A DNA stretch of 64,000 bases, taken from NCBI GenBank assembly GCA_965113315.1, contig OZ220364.1; one strand, written 5' to 3'. This document shows positions 11,141 through 23,400 of this stretch, piece by piece. Under the pieces are notes generated by a model. It was given only the letters and a program-made list of their open reading frames with translations, ran no database searches and had not been told where the DNA came from. Every line of letters begins with the position of its first letter. Positions within the stretch are counted from its first letter, which is position 1. The translations under genes were made by a program, and so were the position numbers. Source of the stretch: Podarcis vaucheri (taxonomy: Eukaryota).

Positions 11141-12266
11141 GTAATAAACCAGGCAGGGTACTGAATCATCAATTAATCAATTGCCTTTTTATGCATTATG
11201 AAATAATTCACAGATAAATAATAAAAACAGCTATGAATAATTGTAAAAACAATACATAAACCAAATAAAGTTAGCTGTGAAAACAATACAAAATGAACAT
11301 CAAAGACAGGGACCTTTTCATCCAGCTGGAAAAGCTTGTTGAAACAAATATGTCTATCATTTCCCCCCAGAAACTACAGATAGTGGGCACCTTTCATATC
11401 CCAACAGAGATAAATGTTCCACAAAACAGGAGCAGCTGCACTGAAAACTCTGCTTTGAAATACTGTGGCTTCTGGTATTTCAGAGATTGTAAGGATAAAC
11501 TCCTGTAGAATGCAGTGACCTACTAGGTATATGAGGAATAAGGAAGCCCCTTAATAAATTCTGTTTTAGAATGCATGTTTAATTAGCTTATTTAAGCTTG
11601 AAAACAATTAGGTCAGAATCCTAAAATGCCATGTATGTGCGTGCAGGAGAATGACGTGTAATCGTGATATACTTTGCAGCTTTGGGCTCAGCATTTTTCA
11701 CTGCCAAAAAGGCAAGCAGCTTTAAAAACCAATCAGTGGTTTGTCCCTTTTCTCACTGAAACAACAGCTGTGCTCAGCCTAAACAAATGCTACTTACCAG
11801 TATGCGTATATCATTTCTTTAGATCCCAGCTTCTGTGATTTACGATAATCTGTGGCCCTGTTTGGATTTTGTTTCCTCCTTTGGATTGTCCTTAGAAAGA
11901 GATGAGCTCTGGGTTATATGTGCTCTTTCCCCTCACTTCTAATTACAATTATTATTTTTCACTAGACTAGCAATAAAACTGCATCTTCAGCAATGTTCAG
12001 ATACTTTTATGATAATAATCTGCTGTAGTCGTTTTACTTTTGTTTGTCTTTATTTTTTTTTAAAAAAAGACAAATGTCTCCTTGGCAAGAAGCCAGTGAC
12101 TCGATTGCAGAGCAGTCTCCTTCACCAGAGAGCACTGTGAACTGCACTGTCACTTTCATAAATCTATGTCGAGGGATTAGATCCTGCACTGGGCAGGTTG
12201 TTGGCCTAGATGACCTTTATGGTATACCTTGCAACTTAAAAACTATCATCTCTCTGTGATTTGCAG

Positions 12267-12355
12267 GTCATGTTGGAGCACCTTTGCCCTGTAATTTAAT
12301 CAAGCTGGTGGATGTTGAAGAACTAAATTACTTTTCTTCTAAAGGAGAAGGAGAG
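12267..12355 (+). CDS. ACSL6: ACSL6 exon (G)HVGAPLPCNLIKLVDVEELNYFSSKGEGE
   Basis: ttgcag|GT…GAG|gtaaca, 89 nt, phase 1/0. Confidence 0.95.
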
Positions 12356-14019
12356 GTAACATGCACTCTTCCTGAACTCTTTGCTGTCTCACTTGTAGTT
12401 TAAAAAAGCCAATGAACCATTTTCCAGAGGCAAGATCTGTCACTCCTTTACAGGAGATAGGAGGGTGAAAAGATATATATATTTCTTGAGGACATGACCA
12501 ACAAGCTCAGGTGCAGAAGGAGTTTGCTCTGGTGCTCAGGAAGGCAAGCGAGCAAGTCGGGCATTGGCTCTCATTCTTTCATTTCAGTACTGATGATCCA
12601 AACTTCATGCAGGGTAATGGCAAGAATTCCTGGAACTGACAGGCGCTGGGAAGGGAGAAGGTTCATGCCATAACTCCTTAGAAGCCTAGTTTAGGATGAA
12701 CAGCTAAAGGAAAACAGGCACAATGAAATATACACAGCATCCTTGGAGTAAGATGGTGGCAGTGGACTTAGACATTCATCTTGTCCTGCTGGCCAGGATT
12801 AGTATTGTGGTGAGGCTGCTTTCTGATTACTGTGAATAGGACTATTATTGTGGATTTGCCTTGAAGGAATGCAGGAGCACAGTTTGGTTTCGAACAAAAA
12901 ACGATGAACCATCATTAAAAGATGGTTTCTTGGTTTTCTCTGGAATAATTTGAAGGGGCGGGGACAAAGAAGAGTGGCACCTGAAAGTCCAACAAATAAG
13001 TTATAGCATAAACTTTCATAGTCTTAGGGCGTAAGTTATTGTGGACTATGAAAGCTTATGCCACGAGGCATTTCTTAAGTCTTCTACAAGACTCTTTCTG
13101 CTGCAACAGTCTGATATGGCAACACACATTTCACACCCAGCTGAAGATGGTGTAAGCAAAATATGTGCGTTTGAGAAAGAAACAGAAGAGCAACTGGAGT
13201 TTTGGAGACAGAGAAAGCTTGGAGCTGTAAGCTAACAGCAGCTGAGGAGGAAGAAAGGTGTCTTTCCCTGGCAGTCTGGTGTGGGAACAATGGACTGGCT
13301 TTGTTGAATGTTAAGCTGTCTGCCTCCACCTATGCTTGACTTGCATATATTTATTTAATACATAATTTTGTTTTGCAAACTGCAGTACAATAAACAACAA
13401 CAAAGCAAAAAGTTGCAGATTTCTCATGCACCATTGTTACAGGATATAATGGGGGGGGATAAGAATTAAAAAATAATAATTAAAACAACTATCTGATATA
13501 GCCTCTCCAAAATACAGCCCAGGTACATTTGTAAATAAACCCAAATATTACAAAACAAATGATGCTTCTATTCTGCCTGTTGTGCATCTAACAGTATGTT
13601 GTGTTGGCTTAGGCTGGTCTTTGCTCAGATGGAACAGAAAACCTTCACTCAGGAAGCATTACACATGTTCCAATCTACTCATTGTTGGCACAGAGTCCTC
13701 ATAGGCAAACAGCTGTGCTTCTAGAACTCACAGGTCCAGCTTCCTGAAAGTCTCCCACCTTGTATCAGTGGTGCCAACTGTATATTTGTGTGGTTGGCCC
13801 TCCCCTCCCCAGAAAAGGGTTATGCCAGTATTCAGGGGCATGTGATTATAAAATAAGAGTTCCTTGTGTGGCTCAGTCTAACTCATAGGCTGAGGTTCTT
13901 GAAGACTTTTTGCCTATATATTCATCATTTGTGTGAAGTTATAACAATTGGCCTAAGTCTCTCTTTTTTTAAAAAAAGATGTCTACCTTGCAGTGTACCA
14001 GCAGATCTATCTCTTGCAG

Positions 14020-14136
14020 ATTTGTGTGAAAGGTCCAAACGTTTTCAAGGGCTACCTGAAAGATAGAGAGAAAACCACGGAAGCTTTGGACAAGGATGGG
14101 TGGCTTCATACTGGGGATGTCGGGAAGTGGTTGCAC
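14020..14136 (+). CDS. ACSL6: ACSL6 exon [39 protein letters not shown]
   Basis: ttgcag|ATT…CAC|gtatgt, 117 nt; first half of the FACS signature DGWLHTGD. Confidence 0.95.
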
Positions 14137-15110
14137 GTATGTACTGAAATGCTAACTTTGCACACTAAGATTGCAGGTTTACAAGCCCTTCTGACCAAAG
14201 GAAGAAGTGAATTAGACATTGATGTGTACGTCAGATCATGAGTATAGTGGTGGATAAAAATTACTACTGTGTGATATGAGTATATGCCAGACCTACATCA
14301 GGGTTCAGCTCCAACATTGGTTCCCTTCAGATTCCAACCCTCCCCTGGCCTTATTTTATGGGCTACCTCATAGCAATTGTCACATCTTACTGGTGGATAA
14401 GGCATTGGGTTGGATCCTCAGTCTATGTGGGTGGGGGTGGTCCATGGTCACAGGGTATCCCCTTAATGGGAGCCTGGAGGAGGTACCTCTTGTTCTGATG
14501 CCTAGCTTGGGTGCTAATGGGCTATAGCACCCCAAATGGTGATTTTGGGGTTTGCCTGGATGTGATACATACTGTGATATGTATCTGTCCCTGTGGGGTG
14601 ACCCATAACATTGATCAACCCTGCCAATCATCTACCAGCAGTTGGGCTGGTTGAGTTCAGGATACCCACCCAATGCCTACCCCAAAACCTGCTGACACCT
14701 ATAGTTGTAGCCTGTTTAAATCCCAACATTGCTGTTCTTTGTGTTGTTGTGATTATACCTAACCTCCTCCCCACCCGTGGCTTTATTATGCCTGGGCCGG
14801 CCACTTTCTGTTAGGTTTCATAGATATTTGACCTTAGCTTCTTTGGCCAGTCTGAGAAATTTGAAATCTGTTTGAATTCTGCTGCTCAGAAGGGACCTAG
14901 TAGACTGGAACTGAGTTGCTGGCAAGGCGATCTCACTTTTCCCTAGCTCTACGTGATTACTTGCTGCTGCATAAGCGTGTCCACACTTGCAGGCTTCCCT
15001 TCGGCATCTGATTGGCCCCTATGGGAGATAGGATGCTGGACTAAATTGGCCTTAGGACTGAACCAGCAGACAGACTTTTCTTACAGTCTTATGTTATTTT
15101 TTACTCACAG

Positions 15111-15254
15111 AATGGTACACTTAAAATAATTGATCGAAAAAAGCATATATTTAAACTGGCTCAGGGAGAATACATTGCACCAGAGAAAATTGAGAATATC
15201 TACATTCGCAGTGAGCCTGTCGCCCAGATATATGTGCACGGAGATAGTTTACAG
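15111..15254 (+). CDS. ACSL6: ACSL6 exon NGTLKIIDRKKHIFKLAQGEYIAPEKIENIYIRSEPVAQIYVHGDSLQ
   Basis: tcacag|AAT…CAG|gtaacg, 144 nt; LKIIDRKK and GEYIAPEKIE motifs. Confidence 0.96.
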
Positions 15255-15736
15255 GTAACGCTATCCATTTTCTAAACATTCCTTGAAATTTGGTCATGCC
15301 TTTTATACCATTTTGTATTGTTTCCTGGGTTGGGGGGGGCGTTGCATTTAGGAACAGGCAAGGTGTCATATTTATTCCATTTAATAATGTTCAAAATGGA
15401 TACAAGATGTTGGTGTCTGTTACCTGCTGAGCAGGTAAGGTCAGCAGCTAGATACATAGTTTAATGAGAGGAGCACAGCATTTGCTCACTGATGTCCCAG
15501 GCACGAGGCATTCTGGGACATGTAGCAAACTTTCTGGCGCAGTGGTCATTGATTGACCTGCATACTCTATAAAGTCTGTATTGATCAATAGGGAAACAAC
15601 TGCATAAGCAGAGTCAAGCAACACACCCACATGCAGATTTTGTAACATTTGGGGCCATCCTCCTGATGGAACTAGAAGAGCTGAAGGACTATGGAGGAGA
15701 AGTGAAAGTAACTTTATTGCAGAACTATTTACTGTA

Positions 15737-15962
15737 CAGTGGTACCTCAGGTTAAGTACTTAATTCGTTCTGGAGGTCTGTACTTCACCTGAAACTGTTC
15801 TTAACCTGAAGCACCACTTTAGCTAATGGGGCCTCCTGCTGCTGCCGTGCCGCCGGAGCATGATTTCTGTTCTCATCCTGAAGCAAAGTTCTTAACCTGA
15901 ATCACTATTTCTGGGTCAGCGGAGTCTGTAACCTGAAGTGTATGTAACCTGAGGTACCACTG
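15737..15962. mobile_element. Tc1/mariner (Tigger/pogo-like) MITE
   Basis: 18-bp perfect TIR CAGTGGTACCTCAGGTTA / TAACCTGAGGTACCACTG, TA TSD on both sides. Confidence 0.88.
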
Positions 15963-16238
15963 TATATGGAAGCCATTATCAAAAGTTAAGAGAACAGAGC
16001 TCTGCTCTGAACCTCCACTGCTGAGAACACGAACACACACACACACACACAGCTCTGACTCTTGTGATAAGCAGAAGCTGCTGTATCATTGTTTGAGGAA
16101 TGGGGGGCAAAGGGCAAAGAACTTGACAAGCACTCTTATTTAGGAAGCACAGATAAGAGAGCACAGCAAAATTCAAGGGATCAAGATGGGTTTGCTGTGT
16201 CACAAATACAGCCCCCAATTTTATCTGTATCGTTGCAG

Positions 16239-16340
16239 GCCTTCCTGGTGGGGGTTGTTGCACCTGATGCTGAAATCATGCCAGCCTGGGCCAAGAAAAG
16301 AGGCTTTGATGGAACTTTTGCAGAGCTCTGTAAAAATGCG
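16239..16340 (+). CDS. ACSL6: ACSL6 exon AFLVGVVAPDAEIMPAWAKKRGFDGTFAELCKNA
   Basis: ttgcag|GCC…GCG|gtaaat, 102 nt. Confidence 0.93.
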
Positions 16341-16397
16341 GTAAATTGCTTATGTACATGTTCCTGTGCATTATTAACATGCAATTCAGTGCCAATT

Positions 16398-16447
<50 letters not shown>

Positions 16448-17403
16448 TGAACAGACAAACATAAATTATAATTCTAATTGGTAGATCAGAATTTGCCAGT
16501 GCACTGAAAGAGCCTTATGGCGAATGATGCAATATGATAAGCTGAAAGGCCAACTTCAATGTTACATTAAAAGCAGCCTTCCATATCCTGTTGCCCCCAA
16601 GATGTTTTGGACTCCCAACTCCCAGCAGCTCTAGCCAGCATGGCCAATGGTCAGGGATGATGGGAACCGTAATCGAGAATATCAGGAGAGCAGCAAGATG
16701 GGAATGGCTGAATTAAAACAATTCAGCTAATGTGTTTGGATCTGACTGTGACTTTTTCTTTAGAAAAAAAGCAGCTACAGGGGGCTCTGAACTGGATCAG
16801 ATCCACAGCACGGAACGAGGGAGCTTAACCATGCCCAGTTTTCCTGCTAATAATAATGCCCCCAAATGACATATTTACTGCTTTGGATAGTTTTCAGGCC
16901 AAAAGGGAAAAGGGGTTTTAATCCTGGTCAGGATTCCCACAGCTTCTTTTCATAAAGAAAGGCACAGCCAAGTCCAAAGCACAGTAGTTAAAACTGCTTT
17001 TAACATAATGTGTAATTCTGGCTCTAAGTAGCTAGGTGATTACTGTGTTAAGAGGCTGGGACATCTGTTAGAAAGATTCCATTAGATAAGCAAAGCTCTG
17101 TCCTGTAACAGGAGCTAGTATAACATCTTGGTTTTTTTCCACTTTCTTTTATCAGTACTGTTCCATTGCTACAAGATGACATCTATTTTTTTGCACAATG
17201 AGATATACTTTTGTTTCATTTTGTTTTTTGGAGGCTTGGAATGTCTGAGCCAGCGCCAAATCATGTGATTTCTCTGCTGTTGCCTAGACTAGATAAAGAT
17301 TGCAGTAATGTTCCAGAAAGAAGACAGCAAAGCTACTAAAGAGCAGGTTTTATTTCTTCTATGGGTGTTCCAGCACATTTATCTTTGGTGGAAGCCATAA
17401 GTG

Positions 17404-17599
17404 AAGGACCATAGCTCAGTGGTGGACATATGTACTGCCTGCAAAATGGGGTCAAGATTCTCAGCACTGCCTGGATGTTCTAGGGATTGAAAGACCCCAT
17501 GTCTGAAACCCGGCAGAACTGCTATGAGTCAGTGTAGGCTATCCTGAACTAGATAGACAAATAGCCTAACTCATTATAAAGCAGTTCCTACGCTCCTAT
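17404..17599 (+). mobile_element. tRNA-derived squamate SINE (Squam3-like)
   Basis: ATAGCTCAGTGGT head…AAGCAGTTCCTA tail. Confidence 0.65.
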
Positions 17600-18713
17600 G
17601 TATCTGAATAATTAATTCCCCACTCCTTTGTGACAAAGCCAGGTGAGCTACTACCACTTGAGTAAGGGGGTGGAAATATGTAGAGCAGCTAGGATTTAGC
17701 AGTAGCAAAAGTAATTCCTGGCAACATTCTTGGGATGTTCAAGAAATAAGGCTGTAATCCTATCCCTGCTTACCTGGGAGTAAGTTCCATTGAACTCAGT
17801 AGGACTTACTTCTAAGTAGATGCCTACGCTAGAATCCAGGGACTTGGTTATTAGAACACTAAGGAAGTAGACTGTAAGCACTTTCTCTTTAGATTGCCAG
17901 CTGATCAGGCCTGGGACCTGGCCTCTGTGCAAAATGCAATTCATATTGACAGCATTAGATAAATAACATTGCAAATGGCATCAGTGTAAGGTGTAGGGAA
18001 TGTTTTCCGTGGAATGGAATGGAATCTACTATTTTGGAACTGGCGTTATAAGATACAGTTTCAGTCACTGAACTCGTTCGTACTTTAATTTTAAATGCAA
18101 AGAGGAAAGTGAGAGCTCAGAGCTCTAAGAACAAATTCCAAGCCAACATGCCAGAATAGGAATTTAAGTCTTTGTCCTGCAAACTGTGTTTGTGCTTGGG
18201 AAATTTAAATCAAGGAGGTATTTCAGACTACATGACTGCATGAAGACTACAGGACCAGAATTCCTTAAGGATGGGCAATGTTTTTCAAGCTGAGGGCCAC
18301 ATAACCTTCTGAACAGTCTTGCAAGGGCAACTTGCCAGTAGTGGCCAAAAATGGGTGGAGCAACAAATGTAAATTTTACCTTTTGTACAATAGGCTATTT
18401 TGTACAAACACTCAAGCACCCTGCCTCTATCCTCCCCATGTCAGAGTTCAAAGACACGTTCCAGGTGGGCATATTTGGAGTGCGAAGCTTGGCATGTGAA
18501 GGGTGTGACCTGAGAAGAGTTCCAAGGGCCAGACAAAGAGGTCGTGGGACAGACAATTCATCCCTCTGCCTGATATTTCCCATCCTTGCCCTACACAGTA
18601 TAATCACATTTCACCCTCTGCTTCTTTGAAAAGTTAATTGTCAACAGAGAGCCAAATAAATAATTATTTAAAGGACTTCCTGGCTGTAAATGTTCTCATA
18701 TGTTCTTACTTAG

Positions 18714-18785
18714 GAGCTCAAAAAAGCAATAATGGAAGATATGGTGCAGTTAGGGAAAGAGAGTGGACTTCATTCGTTTGAACAG
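18714..18785 (+). CDS. ACSL6: ACSL6 exon ELKKAIMEDMVQLGKESGLHSFEQ
   Basis: acttag|GAG…CAG|gtaaat, 72 nt. Confidence 0.94.
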
Positions 18786-19224
18786 GTAAATACTAAATAC
18801 TGATGATAGCTTTTGATTACTAGATGCAGATGAGCTTCTTCTTTGTGACTGAATAGCAGGGATTTTAGCATGCATTATATAAAAGCCCCAATGCCTCGCT
18901 TATGCTTTGTGGTTCAGTACTCAAGTGTGTATTTTTCTATGAAATAAAACTATCCTTGTCTGTTTATGAATGCATGAAAGGTAATGTTACAGAAGGTCTC
19001 TCTCTATGATAGATAACATGATAAAATATTTGAAACACCATTCCATTCAAGCTGAGAGCAGTACTGGAAAGTCAGCTTAATTACCATTCTTGTAGCTGAC
19101 CTGGAAAATACAGCTGTTCTGTTTGTCCCCCATCCATGGACTAATCTCCTCCTGACGTAGGTATTTTTGCGGCAGACCTACAAACCTCCAATAAGGGAAG
19201 TTCAAAAATGGACATAATGTACTC

Positions 19225-19283
<59 letters not shown>

Positions 19284-20919
19284 CATTTAAGAAGTGTGAT
19301 CTAAAATAAGGTCATGTTGTGATTCTATTATTTTTAAAAACACAAATGTAACAGCTGTAACATTCGTATAATTCCTAAGCGTGCCTGCATTTGTGCACTA
19401 GATTTGGCAACAGCATAATAAATGCACTTGCAGTGTCATAATGCATGCACTAAACAAGAATAGAGACTGTAGAAACTAATTCCACATAAAGCTTTCCTGC
19501 TTTTTCAAAAACTGGTCTATAAAAAAATGTTGAGAACTTACTGTCTCTTAAAATTGCTTTTTCTCCCATGCTGTAAACTTCCCTGTGATGAAATATACTA
19601 ATCTATCAATTCATCTAATATAATCCTTGAGGGTATGGGGGACACATATGCCTCTGTTCTCTGCATCATTTCAGCACTGTGTAGTGAGGTGGGCGGGGGG
19701 AGCCCTCCTAAATGAATTCTTAAAATCACAAGCAGGAAACATGGGTACAAAGAAGATATTAAGGGCAAAGCCTTTTCCTCTATAGTCACTGCCAGTTGCT
19801 TGGGTAATGATTTTGGGTGTTCTTAGCTCAGGGAGGCAACAAAGAATCAAAAATATGCAAGTTGCATTGTACCCAGTACTCTTATAATGAGCTCCTGACA
19901 CTTAAATGAACAAATGCACATTTAAACATCATAGTTTCCTATGAGGTCTATATTCAGGATTAACACTTGATTTAACACTGCTTTCTGCAACATAGAAGAT
20001 GGATGGCTAATGTGTTACTCTTTAATTGTAAAAATGCAAATAAAACATAAATGATCCTTAAGTTGCTTCCACAATTAATGCTTAGCACCATCACATTTTT
20101 CACAGCAGCAGCAAAGATTTTGCCAACACGAAACTTTGAAGTGGGCACTGCAGTTCATTTTCAGGGCTAAAGGTAGTCAAGTGTTTTAATAGTTAAAATT
20201 TAATTTCCCCTAGTGCCAGTTATTTCTGCAGAAGGTGGAGAGAACTCCGCATGTCCTCATTGTGTCTCAATCCTAGAATCGAGCCTTTTAAGATTGTTTT
20301 TGATGCAGAAATGTATTTTTTAAAGTCTGTTGCTAAAATATACATTGTGTCTGCCATTAAATGCCAAGTGATAACAACAACAGCCGAATTTAGAATTTCT
20401 ATTCCAAGGTATATATACCAAAGCAACAGGCACAGAACCTCAGCCATGCAGCAAGCTACCTCATTCTCAAATAAGCATGCACAGGATTGTTCACCTTTCA
20501 ATAACAAGCCAAGCAAATAAAGAGCGACAAAACTTCCAAATATCTAAATAGTCTGGGTTGTATTAAGAAGTCAGATAAACGAAAATACAGTGTGACTGCT
20601 TACTATAATTTATGCTGTAAAAGTCACATGCTTTGCCCTATTGGGAGGGGGGGGACCTTTTGTTCAAAAAGCCAGTGTATTGGGCAAAGCTAGGGACATT
20701 ATTGATGAATTTCTGCAACTAAAAGGCTGAATTTAAAAGTAGGCAGGTGTTAGCACTGGGCTATTACATCCTACATAGGGGTGGGTGTGCAGAATAATAC
20801 TTGGCAGAGTGACCAGTGTGATATGTCTGGAACACAGCTATCAAATCAGCTGTTTCCTTTTATTCAATGTTACAGTATATTTTTATAAACATGTTGACTT
20901 GTTTCCCCCCCCCTCATAG

Positions 20920-21060
20920 GTTAAAGCTGTTTACATCTACCCCGAAATGTTCTCTGTACAAAATGGTTTGTTGACACCTACATTAAAGGCTAGGAGACCA
21001 GAGCTGAGAGAATTTTTCAAGAAACAGATAGAAGAGCTTTATTCAAGCATCTCCATCTGA
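20920..21060 (+). CDS. ACSL6: ACSL6 last coding exon VKAVYIYPEMFSVQNGLLTPTLKARRPELREFFKKQIEELYSSISI*
   Basis: tcatag|GTT…ATC TGA; NGLLTPTLK catalytic-lysine motif; stop at 21058-21060. Confidence 0.95.
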   Translation, partial: VKAVYIYPEMFSVQNGLLTPTLKARRPELREFFKKQIEELYSSISI

Positions 21061-23014
21061 CACCGGGGGAAAGTTCTTCAGAATAACGGACTCTGTAGCA
21101 ACATTAGGATAATACTGAAACGTGAAAAGGGCGCAGTTGAAACGAATAAGCATCTGACCTTCCACGCGAGCCTTCTGTTGTCGGAAGACACCATCACTGA
21201 GTAATTCTTTTACCATCTAGTTCTAGTTCCTCTTGTTGTAATGGATGCTCTTGAAGATTGCTTAAAAACATACTGGACAACCGTTAAGCTACTTTCAATC
21301 CCACTCCTTCTGAAAGCATTTTACAGACACCTTTGTTATTAATACCTGCAAAAACATAAACAAAGATCCCTTAGCAAACAGGAAAGAAAAGCAGACTGGA
21401 CCTGCCCATTTTGTATGACACTCCTCTAAGCTCCTGGATGATTCAATGATGTGATAGGGTTTCCAGATGTCTCTCTGTATGGGTACCATTAAGAACTCTT
21501 TAGAAGCAAGCAGTTCCCAGGTTGCACATCATGCACACACCTTCCTTAGCATGGTACGGCACCTTCCTTCGTGTGGTGTAGCTTCACCCTTGGCTGCTAC
21601 TGCGTGCATATGTGGCCAAGAACTCCTCACTGCAACTGAGCTCTTAAAAGTACCAGGGTCCCACTCAGCGAGATATCTGACAAAGACTAGTGGTCTACCT
21701 CAATGTTCTTGGATGCTCAAAGCCAGAAATAAATCTGTTACCCTGATGTAGAACTTAAAACTGGAATTGTTTAATCGTTCTTTAAGTGGTAGCACATGCT
21801 TTCCCTGCAAGACATAAATTGAATTCACCTTGTGTGAGCCATTCACAAAAAGAACAGATGGGAGGAAGAGTTTGGATTTCTTATGTATCGAAGTAGGAAG
21901 AGCTTTGGATTTCATGCCTACTTAATACAGTGCAGTGGCATGTGCTGGGTGAATGCTAACCTGTAATTGCCAGAAATGTCAGAAATGTTACAGGCCCTGG
22001 AATTTTTTGTATTTCTTGTGTCTTGGATGTCTCTGCAATTAGCAAGGGATCCCTGTGGCTGCTCCTTTTAAAGAACTGACTGCCTTGTGTTGTGGCAGCT
22101 ACCTGACAGCAACGTGCAAAACAGAAGGATAGTTGGTATAAACATGCTGCATAATTTTGCAGCTTCCACTCCCCACCACCCCAGTGGATTCCAAATAGAA
22201 TAGGATTTTGAGTCAGAGCTTTCCCTTTGCAGCACTTTATAGCGGTGCACTTCAGGAGAACTGAGCTGACTTCAAATAATTTAAAGAGGATGCAGAGTCT
22301 TAACAAACAGCTGTTTGGCCACATCATCTGACTTTAAAGCAGCTTCTCCCAGCTTCTTCTTCCACCAGGCTTGCATCTACTCCAAGTCCCCACCTCTTAT
22401 TCTCATGCATTCTGATAGCAGGCACTTCTGAGCAAATAGTAAAGGCTTCACTCCCTTGACAATGGCCTTGAGAGGGATTCACTTGACTGAATAATAAAAA
22501 TAAATGTAGAAAAAGAGCCTGTTCCCATATTTTTTTAGGCCAACACCTTAGAAATTTGCCTAAATAAATATTCCATGTTTCAGTGGAGAAACTAACGCTT
22601 GCTCTGGAGAACCTGCACAAGCCTTCTTATGATGCCCAGGAATTGCAAGTACTGTAGATCAGGGATGGGAAACCTGTGGGCAAGCCTAGTGGTGCTGGAC
22701 ACCCAAGGCCCCATCTGCCAGCACATCCAGTAGTCAGATCTGATAGGACCTGCTGAAGTTCCCTCTCTTTTATGCAACTACTAAAGGTGCAGGGGCCACG
22801 TCCCCTTCTGCATCTGACTACCTTAAATATAGTTTTCTGCTCTGAAGTAGTAATTTGATTCAAGGGTTGGGAACCTGCAGCTGAGCTAAAACTCCATTCA
22901 CACCTGACAGTTGACCATGCTGGGTGAGGCTGATGGGACTCAGGAGTTCAACACCATCTGGAGGGCCACAGGTTCCCTAGCCCTGGCATAGTTAGTACTA
23001 GTACCTGCATACAG

Positions 23015-23400
23015 GAGGACACAAGAAGATCTCTGCTGGATCAAACCTAAACCCAGTCTACTCCACCATTCTGTTTCTACAGTGGCCTGCCAGGTGTTCA
23101 TGGGAATCCTGCAACATGAGGGTAGCAGCACCATTCCTACTTGTATTCCTAACACTGGCGGTAGATCATAGCTATCAATACTAGTAGCCATTGATAGCTT
23201 TACCCTCCATGAATTTGTTTCTCTTTTAAAGCCATCCAAGCTGGTGGCCATCAATATCTTGTGGTAGTGAATTCCACAATTTAACTATGCACAAAAATAG
23301 TATTTCCTGAAACTTCCAACATTCAACTTCATTGAAGAAAAGCTTTTCTATATATACTTTCTGCACATCATGCATAATTTCATCCACCTCTGTTATGGAT
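23015..23400 (-). mobile_element. Old CR1-like LINE 3' fragment
   Basis: Minus-strand MATSLDGFKR peptide typical of the CR1 ORF2 end, plus its 3' UTR. Confidence 0.65.

Noticed and set aside
21058-21204. Stop-codon readthrough or selenocysteine at the ACSL6 TGA-C
   Set aside because: The context is TGA CAC, not TGA CTAG; the extension has no targeting signal (no PTS1); no SECIS was recognised; the stop matches the normal ACSL6 C-terminus.
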